NCBI GenBank assembly: GCA_964478385.1 | Contig: CAYZIE010000001.1 | Span: 1 to 51,784 of the forward strand | Length of the DNA stretch: 51,784 nucleotides | Direction of reading: 5' to 3' | DNA from: an uncultured Gammaproteobacteria bacterium | GTDB taxonomy: Bacteria > Patescibacteriota > Patescibacteriia > UBA1558 > GWA2-36-10 | Shown here: positions 10,021 through 18,997 of the stretch, one piece after another | Numbering within the stretch: the stretch's first letter is position 1 | Layout: every line of letters begins with the position of its first letter | Notes under the pieces: model-generated | Seen by the model: the letters and a program-made list of their open reading frames with translations, nothing else | Database searches by the model: none | What the model was told of the DNA's origin: nothing | Position numbers and translations under genes: made by a program

Positions 10021-10095
10021 TATTATATTACTATATTTCTTTAGTGATAAATCGTTAGGATGTCCTAACAAATGTTCTTTGATAAGGAGATTAAA

Positions 10096-10419
10096 ATGAG
10101 TAAATTTAAAGGTTTTTTTACGGAAAATGTTCGGTTATTTATTATTGTATTTTTAATTACATTTTTAATTACATTTTTTGTAGTAGTTGAAATTGAGAAA
10201 AGTAGAAAATTTGTAGAAATTCAAGGTATAGTATGTAATGTAGAGTATATTGCTGAAGGAAGTTCATGGAATTCATTTGATGTAAAAAAAACTGTAATTA
10301 CTTTTGATGATGGTCGTATTAAATGTTTTCAGGGTATTAGTGATGCTGTTTTTCAAAAAGGGAAAATTAATGTAATAGTATACGATAATAAAGGTATTGA
10401 CTATGTAGTAATTAAATGA
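10096..10419 (+). CDS. Small membrane-anchored protein, unknown function
   Basis: I prefer the ATG at 10096 (MSKFKGFF...) because AAGGAG sits 6-10 nt upstream; the ORF-track start is 10072. One TM segment (LFIIVFLITFLITFFVVV) followed by about 70 aa. Confidence 0.6.
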   Translation: MSKFKGFFTENVRLFIIVFLITFLITFFVVVEIEKSRKFVEIQGIVCNVEYIAEGSSWNSFDVKKTVITFDDGRIKCFQGISDAVFQKGKINVIVYDNKGIDYVVIK

Positions 10420-10430
10420 TTTTACTTTAA

Positions 10431-10465
10431 AATAAACCCCTAGGTTAATAACTTAGGGGTTTTTC
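10431..10465. terminator. Bidirectional terminator between convergent genes
   Basis: AACCCCTAGG (10435-10444) pairs with CTTAGGGGTT (10452-10461). A-run before, T-run after. Confidence 0.7.
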
Positions 10466-10466
10466 T

Positions 10467-11015
10467 TTAATTTTTTATATATTTAGAGTATTTCGATTTT
10501 CTTTTTTCTAAAAGTATACTTATATATCCTTTATCAATTATTTGATCTTTTTTAATATCTAGTTTATTTAATATTTCTTTTAATCTTTTTTTATTTAAAT
10601 CTTTATTATCTAAGGATTCTATTTCAATGTATTTGCCTAATTCTTTTATATTATCTAAACAAATAGTTAAATTGTTTATTTTGTATTCTTTTCTTTCTTT
10701 ATTTACTTCAATAATTTTATCTAATCCCATTGCTTTTAACATTTGTATTCCTTCTTTTTTATTGTCAATGTTAAATTCATATTCTTCATATATTCCATCT
10801 TTCTTTGTTTTTGATCCTTTGTATGTTAAATATGTATTATTTTTTTCTTTTCTAATTCTCATCATAAAAGAATAACCTATTTTTTTATACAGATTGATGT
10901 CTCCAAAATATATATCATTTTGCTTTACTTCTTTTATAAATTTAGTATTTAATTTTAAAAGTTTCTTTTCTACTTCTTTTAAACTATTTACTTTTGCTTT
11001 TATTTCTATTTCCAT
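10467..11015 (-). CDS. CYTH-domain protein (CyaB-type class IV adenylate cyclase / triphosphatase family)
   Basis: 182 aa. The N-terminal MEIEIKAKV carries the ExExK motif that defines CYTH. Confidence 0.75.
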   Translation of the reverse strand: MEIEIKAKVNSLKEVEKKLLKLNTKFIKEVKQNDIYFGDINLYKKIGYSFMMRIRKEKNNTYLTYKGSKTKKDGIYEEYEFNIDNKKEGIQMLKAMGLDKIIEVNKERKEYKINNLTICLDNIKELGKYIEIESLDNKDLNKKRLKEILNKLDIKKDQIIDKGYISILLEKRKSKYSKYIKN

Positions 11016-11186
11016 ATTTTTAAATTATATATAATATATATTAATTAAGGTATATATTCAAGTTAATTATTTTCTTTTTTATGTATTTAATGTAATATAT
11101 AAGTAATAATATAATATTATGAATAAAAAAGTATTAGTATTTAATTAGTTTTTTTGATATAATATTATTGTAATTAAAATAAAAAT

Positions 11187-12188
11187 ATGGCAAAGAAAAA
11201 AATTAAAGTAGCTATTAATGGTTTTGGAAGAATAGGTAGGGCTGTTTTTAAAATACTTTTAGATGAAAAAAAATATGAAGTTGTTGGAATTAATGATTTA
11301 GCCCCTAATGAAAGTTTAGCTTATCTTCTTAAATATGATACTGTATATGGTATTTATCCTAAAAAAGTAAATAGTACTGAAAATGATATTATAGTAAATA
11401 ATAAAAAATATAGGATTACAGCAGAGTCTAAACCTTCTAAATTACCTTGGAAAAAGTTAAAAGTAGATGTTGTTTTAGAATGTACTGGTAGATTTGTTAA
11501 AGATGGTAAAGCTAAAGATCATATTAAAGCAGGTGCTAAAAAAGTTATAATCTCTGCTCCAGCTAAAGGTGGTAATATTGATACTTTTTTACTAGGTGTT
11601 AATGAAGGGGAATATAATAAACAAAAAGTTATATCTAATGCATCTTGTACTACTAATTGTATAGCACCAGTTGCTCAAGTTTTAGTTAATGCTTTTGGTG
11701 TAGATAAAGCTATGATGACTACTATACATTCATATACTGCAGGGCAGAAGTTAGTAGATGGGCCACATAAAGATCCTAGAAGAGGTAGAACAGCGGGACA
11801 GAATATCGTACCCACTACTACAGGAGCAGCTTTAGCTACTGCTAAAGTAATACCTGAGTTAGAAGGATTATTTGATGGATTATCAATTAGAGTACCTACA
11901 CCCGTTGTTTCTTTAGCAGATTTTACTTTTGTTTTAAATAAAGATGTTACTGTTGAGAAAGTGAATAAAGCGTTAATTAAAGCTAGTAAGACTAATCTAA
12001 AAGATATACTAGGTGTTACAGATGAAGCTGTTGTTTCTTCTGATTTTATAGGAGATCCCAGATCATCTATTGTAGATTTATCTTTAACTAAAGTAGTAGG
12101 AGGTAATATGGTTAAGATTATAGCTTGGTATGATAATGAATGGGGTTATGCTAATACTTTGGTAGATATGATTGAAGAAATTTATTAA
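11187..12188 (+). CDS. gap: Type I glyceraldehyde-3-phosphate dehydrogenase
   Basis: KVAINGFGRIGR Rossmann start, catalytic SNASCTTNC, and WYDNEWGY C terminus. Confidence 0.95.
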   Translation: MAKKKIKVAINGFGRIGRAVFKILLDEKKYEVVGINDLAPNESLAYLLKYDTVYGIYPKKVNSTENDIIVNNKKYRITAESKPSKLPWKKLKVDVVLECTGRFVKDGKAKDHIKAGAKKVIISAPAKGGNIDTFLLGVNEGEYNKQKVISNASCTTNCIAPVAQVLVNAFGVDKAMMTTIHSYTAGQKLVDGPHKDPRRGRTAGQNIVPTTTGAALATAKVIPELEGLFDGLSIRVPTPVVSLADFTFVLNKDVTVEKVNKALIKASKTNLKDILGVTDEAVVSSDFIGDPRSSIVDLSLTKVVGGNMVKIIAWYDNEWGYANTLVDMIEEIY

Positions 12189-12199
12189 AATATATTACA

Positions 12200-12226
12200 A
12201 ACCATCTTTTAACTAAGGTGGTTTTT
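12200..12226 (+). terminator. Intrinsic terminator after gap
   Basis: AACCATCT (12200-12207) pairs with AGGTGGTT (12216-12223), then a T-run. Confidence 0.6.
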
Positions 12227-12290
12227 ATATTGACAGAATAATTATTTTATGGTAAGCCGATAGTAGAACTTTAAAATAAGGAGAGGTTAT

Positions 12291-12755
12291 ATGGAAGCAT
12301 ATATAAAGCAGCATCGCAGGAAAAGGGTTGTAACATTATTTAAACGTTTATTTGTTATTTGGTTCTTAGGAGTTATAGGGGTCTTATGGGTAGCAGGTGA
12401 CGCAATAACAGTTATAATTAGTGAAATTGGGAAAGCTGGAGTGATTGAAGCATTTAATATGATAATATTATTTATCTGGTTTTCAGCATGGTTATTATGG
12501 AATGCTTTTTACTTGGTAGACCCTGAAAGAATAGAGAATGTTGAGGCTTGGATAAATCCATCAATTTCTATGTTTATGCTTACCTTTTTCTTTGGAATAT
12601 TATTTTTATCTTCAACTGTAAGGAGTATTATGTTTTATAACACATATATGATGATATTTGGATTGTGTATAGGTGTGTATAATCTAATAATATTCATATT
12701 TGCAGTAAGAAGAGAATTTAAAAAAGCAAAAGTAAGAAGGTTTGAAGATCTTTAG
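12291..12755 (+). CDS. Multi-pass membrane protein, unknown function
   Basis: 154 aa with about 4 hydrophobic segments. Strong SD AAGGAGAGG lies 4 nt upstream. G+C is visibly above the neighbours (33-40% in the first 120 nt by my count). Confidence 0.6.
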   Translation: MEAYIKQHRRKRVVTLFKRLFVIWFLGVIGVLWVAGDAITVIISEIGKAGVIEAFNMIILFIWFSAWLLWNAFYLVDPERIENVEAWINPSISMFMLTFFFGILFLSSTVRSIMFYNTYMMIFGLCIGVYNLIIFIFAVRREFKKAKVRRFEDL

Positions 12756-12768
12756 ATGTGAGTAAATT

Positions 12769-12854
12769 CCCTAATATCATTGGCGCCTGAAAAGGAAGCA
12801 GTTGTCTATTTGCTAAAAGCATTAATGCAACACAATGGTATTGGGGATTTTTTT
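12769..12854 (+). terminator. Unusually long terminator-like hairpin (14-bp stem enclosing 50 nt, then U7)
   Basis: CCCTAATATCATTG (12769-12782) pairs with CAATGGTATTGGGG (12833-12846) with two G-U pairs. It is followed by A then TTTTTTT (12848-12854). Confidence 0.5.
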
Positions 12855-12901
12855 GTTTGAAAAGTTGCTTTTATGTTAATATATAGTATATAATTAAATA
12901 T

Positions 12902-14284
12902 ATGAAAATAGAATTATACAATAGCTTAACTAAGAAAAAAGAGGAGTTTAAGAGTATTGATAAGAATAAAGTAGGATTATATACTTGTGGTCCTACAGTA
13001 TATGATGCTCCACATATTGGTAATATTTTAGCATATATTTACTGGGATGTTTTGAAAAAGTTTTTAATTTCTCAAGGATATGATGTAAATCATATTATGA
13101 ATTTAACTGATGTTGGTCATTTAGTTTCTGATTCTGATGAAGGAGAGGATAAGATGGAGGTTGGTAAAAGAAAGTTTGGTAAAGGTGCTTGGGAATTAGC
13201 TGAACACTATATCAAAGTATTTAAAGATAATCTTAAAGAATTTAATATATCAGAGCCTAGTAAGTTTTTAAGGGCTACTGATACTATTAAAGAACAAATT
13301 GATTTTGTTAAAGTATTAGATAAAAAAGGGTATTTGTATAAGATTAGTGATGGTATGTATTTTGATACTTCTAAGATAGATGATTATGGTGTTTTAGCTA
13401 ATTTACAGAATGTTGATTTAGAAGAAGGTGCTAGAGTAGAAAAGAATAAAGAAAAAAAGAGTAAATATGATTTTGCTGTATGGAAGTTTTCTCCTGAGGA
13501 TAGTAAAAGAGATATGGAGTGGGATTCTCCTTGGGGTAGGGGGTTTCCTGGTTGGCACTTAGAATGTTCTGTAATGAGTAGAATGGAATTAGGAGATACC
13601 TTTGATATACATACTGGTGGTGAAGATCATTTAACAGTGCATCATCCCAATGAAATGGCTCAGAGTAAGGCTGTAACTGATAAATTACAAGCTAATTATT
13701 GGCTACATAATGCTTTTAATAAAGTTGATGGAAAGAAAATGTCTAAATCTGCTGGTAGTTTTGTAACTTTAGAAAACATTAAAGAAAAAGGATATTCTCC
13801 ATTAGCATATAAATTACTTGTTTTACAGAATAATTACAGAAAACCTTTAAATTTTACTTGGAAATCTTTAGAATCTGCACAAAAAGGTTTAATTAACATA
13901 GTCAAGGAAATAGCTTATTATGATAATCCTAAGATAGGTTGCGCAGAATTTGAAAAAGAGTTCTATAAAGCTTTGGGTGATGATTTAAATACTTCTAAAG
14001 CTTTATCTATACTACAAGCTGTAATTGATTCTAATTATCCTAGTGAAGCTAAGTTAGAGACTATTTTAAAAATGGATAAAGTATTAGGTTTAGATTTAGA
14101 TAATTTAAGAAAGAAGATTTTAAATATACCCAAAGAAGCTAAAGAATTATTAAACAAAAGACAAGAAGCTAGAGATAATAAAGATTGGGAGAAATCTGAT
14201 AAATTAAGAGATGAATTAGAATCTTTTGGAGTAGAGGTTAAAGATTCTAAACAAGGTCAAAAAGCAGTTCTATTACAACTGTAA
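12902..14284 (+). CDS. cysS: Cysteinyl-tRNA synthetase
   Basis: HIGH-type motif (APHIGNILAY), KMSKS present, 460 aa. Confidence 0.95.
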   Translation: MKIELYNSLTKKKEEFKSIDKNKVGLYTCGPTVYDAPHIGNILAYIYWDVLKKFLISQGYDVNHIMNLTDVGHLVSDSDEGEDKMEVGKRKFGKGAWELAEHYIKVFKDNLKEFNISEPSKFLRATDTIKEQIDFVKVLDKKGYLYKISDGMYFDTSKIDDYGVLANLQNVDLEEGARVEKNKEKKSKYDFAVWKFSPEDSKRDMEWDSPWGRGFPGWHLECSVMSRMELGDTFDIHTGGEDHLTVHHPNEMAQSKAVTDKLQANYWLHNAFNKVDGKKMSKSAGSFVTLENIKEKGYSPLAYKLLVLQNNYRKPLNFTWKSLESAQKGLINIVKEIAYYDNPKIGCAEFEKEFYKALGDDLNTSKALSILQAVIDSNYPSEAKLETILKMDKVLGLDLDNLRKKILNIPKEAKELLNKRQEARDNKDWEKSDKLRDELESFGVEVKDSKQGQKAVLLQL

Positions 14285-14286
14285 AT

Positions 14287-15087
14287 ATGGTTAATAAAGA
14301 AATTAAGAAAATATATACAGATATAGAAGGTGTGGCTGAAAAAGCTAGACCTTTTAATATTATTTCAGAGGAAAATAATAGTTTAATTATTTTAGTCCAT
14401 GGTTTTACTGGATCACCATATGATATGCATAGTTTAGCTGAATATCTTTTTTCACAAGGTTTTGATATTAATACTATACTTTTAAAAGGACATGGTAGTA
14501 ATTTAGAAAGTTTAAGACAAACTACTTATGTAGATTGGTATACTTCCTTAAAAGAGGTTATACAAGCTAATATTGATAGATATGATAGTATTTTCATTAT
14601 AGGTTATTCATTTGGTGCTAATTTAGGATTTGAAGCTTGTATAAAATTTAATCAAATAAAAGGTATTATTTCTTTAGGAATACCTATTTATTTACAAGAA
14701 GAAAAGTATATTAGATTATTATTACCATTAGCTAGGGTATTTAAAAGAAACTATCGTAAAAAGTGGGTTAATAAAAGACATAAAGATAAATTAAAAGAGT
14801 GTGGTAAACATAGTCATATACCTATTAAAAGTATAGTTAATTTTTATAATTTTATAGATAATCATACAAAAAAGAATATACCTTTAGTTAATACGCCTTC
14901 TTTGATTATTCATGCTCGTAATGATTATATTTCTCATTCTATTTCTTCTGAGTTTATTTTTAAAAATTTAAATACAAAAGATAAAGATTTATTTATTTTA
15001 AACAAAGCTAAACATAGTTTAGCTGAGGGTTCTAGAAAAGATTTTGTGTATAATAAAATATTAGATTTTATTAATTCACATAAATAA
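14287..15087 (+). CDS. Alpha/beta hydrolase (carboxylesterase/lysophospholipase-like)
   Basis: LVHGFTGSP and nucleophile elbow GYSFG. 266 aa. Confidence 0.7.
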   Translation: MVNKEIKKIYTDIEGVAEKARPFNIISEENNSLIILVHGFTGSPYDMHSLAEYLFSQGFDINTILLKGHGSNLESLRQTTYVDWYTSLKEVIQANIDRYDSIFIIGYSFGANLGFEACIKFNQIKGIISLGIPIYLQEEKYIRLLLPLARVFKRNYRKKWVNKRHKDKLKECGKHSHIPIKSIVNFYNFIDNHTKKNIPLVNTPSLIIHARNDYISHSISSEFIFKNLNTKDKDLFILNKAKHSLAEGSRKDFVYNKILDFINSHK

Positions 15088-15123
15088 CTTAAAACTTTCC
15101 TTAATTTATGCTACAATGTAGTT

Positions 15124-15867
15124 ATGATTACAAAGGATGATATAAAATTCTGGGGGCCAAAGTATGGATCTATTTATCCTTACTTAGAAGGTTCTACTCC
15201 TTATCAAAATTTAATTGATGATTTTTTTAATTTTTTAACATTTAACATTAATGATAATATTTTAGATTGTGGAGCAGGATCTGGTTTAATTGTTAAAAGA
15301 ATTCTTGATAATGAAAAATATATAGCTAGTATAGATGCTTTAGATGTTAGTGAAATAATGTTAAGTCATATAAAAGATAAATTAAAAGATTTAGATAATA
15401 ATTTAGAAGATAAGGTGAATTTAATACTTCATGATTTATCATATAAATTAAAAGTAGAAGATGAAAAATATGATAAAATAATATCTAATTTAGTTTTAAC
15501 ATATATTACTACACATGAAGGTGAATTTGGAGAGCAAGCTTTAGAAAAAGTGTTATCTGAAATGTATAGAGTTTTAAAAATAAATGGATCTTTTGTTTGG
15601 TCTACACCAATAAAGGGTGTAAACTTTTTTAAAGTCTTTATTGCTTCTGGTAAAGATATACTTGATTTAAAGAATTATAAAAGACTGTATTATGGTCCTA
15701 TGATATTAAAACATGCTTTAGAAATACAGAAAAAAGGTAAACAGGGTTTATATCATTTTTATGAAAAAGATAAGATAGAAAGTATATTATTAAGAATTGG
15801 TTTTAAAAATATTAAGTTTAAAAAATCTTTTGCTAATCAAGCTTGGGTTATATATTGTGAAAAATGA
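15124..15867 (+). CDS. Class I SAM-dependent methyltransferase
   Basis: Motif I ILDCGAGSGL. 247 aa. The stop overlaps the next start (ATGA). Confidence 0.75.
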   Translation: MITKDDIKFWGPKYGSIYPYLEGSTPYQNLIDDFFNFLTFNINDNILDCGAGSGLIVKRILDNEKYIASIDALDVSEIMLSHIKDKLKDLDNNLEDKVNLILHDLSYKLKVEDEKYDKIISNLVLTYITTHEGEFGEQALEKVLSEMYRVLKINGSFVWSTPIKGVNFFKVFIASGKDILDLKNYKRLYYGPMILKHALEIQKKGKQGLYHFYEKDKIESILLRIGFKNIKFKKSFANQAWVIYCEK

Positions 15868-18644
15868 TTAATATAAATATATTATTATTTATTGTTGGTT
15901 TATTAAATCTATCTTTAGGTTTAATTGTTTGGGTTAAAAATAAAAAATCACCAGTTAATATTTGGTATAGTTTAGTAGTTATTAGTGGCGCTTTATGGAC
16001 TTTTGGTATTTTAGGATTTTTATATATTGATAATTTAGAAATAGCTAAACATTTTGTTCGTTTTTACTATTTAATAGCTGCTCTAATTGCTTATGAGTTT
16101 TTATTTTTTGCTATTTATTTTCCTTTTAAAAGAATAAAAATTAATTTTCTTTTTAGGTTCATAACATTTATACCAGTTTTATTTATTATTTATTTTTTAT
16201 ATTTTACAGATTATCATTTTTCTCAAATCATTTTAATGGATTGGGGTAAGAATGTTATTCTTGGTTCAGCTTATATTTATTATGTTATTTATTTTACTCT
16301 TTATATTGTAGCTTCTTTTATAATTTGGTTAATAAAATATCATAAAGCAGATAAAATAAGTAGATTGAAATTAAAATATGTGTTTATAGGTACTTCTTCC
16401 GCTTTATTATTTGGTTCTTTTTTTAATTTATTTTTACCATTTTTTAATTATAGATATGTTTGGGCTGGACCATTTTTTACTGTTATAATGTTCGGTTTTA
16501 TATTCTACGCTATAATTAAATATCGTTTAATGAATATTCGTTTAGTTATTACACGCAGTATTCTTTATGGTATTTTAGTAGGTGCTGTAGCTAGCTTTTT
16601 TGCTTTATCTGTATTTATAGCTGGTAATTATTTAGGTGCTCATACAAGAACAGGTAAAATTTTAGTATATATTTTTAATAGTATAATTTTAGTATTATTT
16701 TTAGATCCTGTTAAAAAAGTATGGGCTAAAGTTACAGATGCTATATTCTATAAAGATAAGATTAATTATCAAAATGTTTTACAAAAAGCAAGTTCAGTAA
16801 TAGCTGGAGAAATAAATTTAGAATCATTATCATCTGAATTAAGTATATTATTGTCTAAAGAGTTGAAAATAAAGAATATATCAATTGTTGTACTTGTTAA
16901 TAATCATTTACATTATATTAATGGTTCTTCTAAGAAAATTAATCTGTCTAAAGAAAGTATAGATTATTTAAATAAGTGTAAAGATATTATTATTTTGGAA
17001 GAATTAATAATGAAAAGGGGGGAGCATTCTGATTGGGAAGATTTGGAAAGAGATAAACTTGATAGATTTATTGATGAAGCAGAAAAAAATAAAGCAGAAA
17101 TGTATATTCCTGTTATTGAAGATAATAAATTAAACTCTATACTAATAATATCATCTAAGAATTCAGGTGATTTATATAGTGAAGAAGATATTAATTTTTT
17201 TAAAGTTTTAGTTCCTCAAATTGCTACTTCCATAGAAAAATCTAAACTATATGAAGAGGTAGAACAATTAAATATAGAATTACAATCTAAGGTTAAAGAA
17301 AAAACAAAGAGTTTGAAATATGCTAATATTGGTCTAGAAAAACGTAATAAATTTCTTTCTGGTATGCAGAGTATAATTAATAAATTAAGTCGCATACTTG
17401 ATTTAAATAAAGGAATTCAGTTAGTTGTTGATAGTATTTCTTCTGAATTAGGATATGTTGGTGGTGTTTTAAGTTTTGTTAATAAAGATAGGGAAACCTT
17501 TTCTGCTGTAGCTTTAACAGAAAATAAAATTACTAAACCAGTTATACAATTATTAAAAAAAGATCCAAAGAGTTTTGTTGCTCAATTGGATAATAAATAT
17601 AATTTAGGTGCTAAGGTTATTTTAGATAATCAAATGCACTCTTCTCCTAAAATGTCTGATTTTTTCTGTCCTCCTGTTGATAATAATATAATTAATCAAA
17701 TACAATCAAATTTAAACATTCAAACAATTATAGGTGTGCCAATTGTTTCTGAGGGTAAAGTAATTGGTTTGATACACTATCTTTTGAAAGAGAAAAAAGA
17801 TAATATTTCTTCTTTAGATATTGAAACAATGATATCTTTAGCTGATCAAGTTGGTATTATTTATCGTAATTTAAGATTATATGATAATTTACAAACAATT
17901 AATAAAGAATTACAAGAAGCTAATGTTAATTTAAGAACCCTTGATAAAACTAAATCAGAATTTCTATCAATAGCTTCTCATCAATTACGTACTCCTGTTT
18001 CCGCTATAAAAGGTTACCTTTCTATGATTATGGATGGAGATTTTGGTAAAGTTTCTATAAAACTTAAAAAAGTAATTAATGATTTATTTGATTCTTCTTC
18101 TCGTTTAGCTAGATTGATAGATATATTTTTAAATGTATCTCGTATTGAATCAGGACGTTTAAAGTTAGATAAACAACCATTAGATATTGATCCTTTGATT
18201 AAAAGTGTTGTTTCAGAATTAAGTAATCAAGCTAATAGTAAAAAACTTAAATTAGAATATACTCAATCTTGTAAAAAACTACCTTTAATCTTAGCAGATA
18301 GTGATAAAATAAGAGATGTACTCCTTAATTTAGTAGATAATGCTATTAAATATACACAAAAAGGTAAAATAACACTTACAGTAACATGTTCAAGAAAGAT
18401 ATTAAATTTTCAGGTTAAAGATACTGGTATAGGTATAGATCCTAGTGAGGTTAAAACATTATTTAGAAAATTTGTTAGAGGTAGTGGTGTATCTCAAGTT
18501 CATACAGGTGGTTCTGGATTAGGATTATTTATTGCTCAAAAGATAATTAAAGAACATGGTGGTAAGATTTGGGCAGAAAGTAAAGGTGGAGGAAAGGGTA
18601 GTTTGTTTCAATTTACTTTACCAGTCTATACAGAAAATAAATAA
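15864..18644 (+). CDS. Orphan sensor histidine kinase (multi-TM N-terminal domain, GAF-like regions, HisKA, HATPase_c)
   Basis: 926 aa with about 7 N-terminal TM segments. H-box FLSIASHQLRTPVSAIKG, N box LLNLVDNAIKYT, and G boxes DTGIGI / GGSGLGL. No response regulator in the window. Confidence 0.88.
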   Translation: MININILLFIVGLLNLSLGLIVWVKNKKSPVNIWYSLVVISGALWTFGILGFLYIDNLEIAKHFVRFYYLIAALIAYEFLFFAIYFPFKRIKINFLFRFITFIPVLFIIYFLYFTDYHFSQIILMDWGKNVILGSAYIYYVIYFTLYIVASFIIWLIKYHKADKISRLKLKYVFIGTSSALLFGSFFNLFLPFFNYRYVWAGPFFTVIMFGFIFYAIIKYRLMNIRLVITRSILYGILVGAVASFFALSVFIAGNYLGAHTRTGKILVYIFNSIILVLFLDPVKKVWAKVTDAIFYKDKINYQNVLQKASSVIAGEINLESLSSELSILLSKELKIKNISIVVLVNNHLHYINGSSKKINLSKESIDYLNKCKDIIILEELIMKRGEHSDWEDLERDKLDRFIDEAEKNKAEMYIPVIEDNKLNSILIISSKNSGDLYSEEDINFFKVLVPQIATSIEKSKLYEEVEQLNIELQSKVKEKTKSLKYANIGLEKRNKFLSGMQSIINKLSRILDLNKGIQLVVDSISSELGYVGGVLSFVNKDRETFSAVALTENKITKPVIQLLKKDPKSFVAQLDNKYNLGAKVILDNQMHSSPKMSDFFCPPVDNNIINQIQSNLNIQTIIGVPIVSEGKVIGLIHYLLKEKKDNISSLDIETMISLADQVGIIYRNLRLYDNLQTINKELQEANVNLRTLDKTKSEFLSIASHQLRTPVSAIKGYLSMIMDGDFGKVSIKLKKVINDLFDSSSRLARLIDIFLNVSRIESGRLKLDKQPLDIDPLIKSVVSELSNQANSKKLKLEYTQSCKKLPLILADSDKIRDVLLNLVDNAIKYTQKGKITLTVTCSRKILNFQVKDTGIGIDPSEVKTLFRKFVRGSGVSQVHTGGSGLGLFIAQKIIKEHGGKIWAESKGGGKGSLFQFTLPVYTENK

Positions 18645-18890
18645 AAAAAGACCCCCATTAATCTTTATTGTTGTCATTAAGATGTTTTGCTGACTAACAG
18701 GGGTCTAGGAAGCAGATTATCTCTGCTTATTTGGTTTGGCCGCAATGAGTAGTTAAAGGTTATCCGGTCTCCACTTGATATAACTGGCTAAGATCGTCAT
18801 CTTAGGCGTTACTATCATGACTCAGAAGCTATGACGCCATAGCTGTCCCAGTAACTATTATGTCTCAAAGCGACCAATTTTAATGTTCGG
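18643..18890 (-). ncRNA. Unclassified structured small RNA gene (about 245 nt) with its own promoter and terminator
   Basis: GC-rich block in an AT-rich intergenic region with no ORF. In plus coordinates, a long-range helix pairs 18852-18877 with 18736-18755. There are 7-bp hairpins at 18827-18844, 18788-18805 and 18710-18728. A terminal stem AGACCCC/GGGGTCT plus U7 lies at 18643-18706. Confidence 0.6.
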
Positions 18891-18896
18891 AATAAT

Positions 18897-18925
18897 ATTG
18901 TATTGTATATTAAAAACATTGTCAA
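18897..18925 (-). promoter_or_regulatory. Near-consensus sigma70 promoter for the small RNA (TTGACA-17-TACAAT)
   Basis: On the minus strand, TTGACA is at 18925-18920, the spacer is 17 nt, and TACAAT is at 18902-18897. Confidence 0.65.
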
Positions 18926-18997
18926 GTCTTTTTTATTACCAGTCTAATCCTTTATTTCCTAATTTAAAAGTGGTATAATAGTTATATAAATAATAAT

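Noticed and set aside
12784-12800. CCUGAAAAGGAAGCAG looks like an SRP RNA apical tetraloop plus conserved 3' motif.
   Set aside because: The surrounding fold is highly asymmetric, with 6 nt before and 40 nt after the tetraloop inside the closing stem. The conserved 5'-side AGG of the symmetric loop is missing. It is more likely part of an elaborate terminator.
18696-18730. The plus-strand motif AGGAAGCAG resembles the SRP RNA domain IV consensus (GGAAGCAG).
   Set aside because: The flanking sequence does not form the GNRA-capped helix or the symmetric loop. AGCAGA pairs locally with UCUGCU. The promoter and U-run terminator are both on the minus strand.
18643-18890. Assignment of the structured RNA to RNase P RNA, tmRNA or 6S RNA.
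   Set aside because: No P4-type motifs and no tRNA-like acceptor/T-arm 3' end are present. The interior is a multi-hairpin junction rather than a 6S central bubble. At about 245 nt it is also too short for a typical bacterial RNase P RNA. I left it unclassified.
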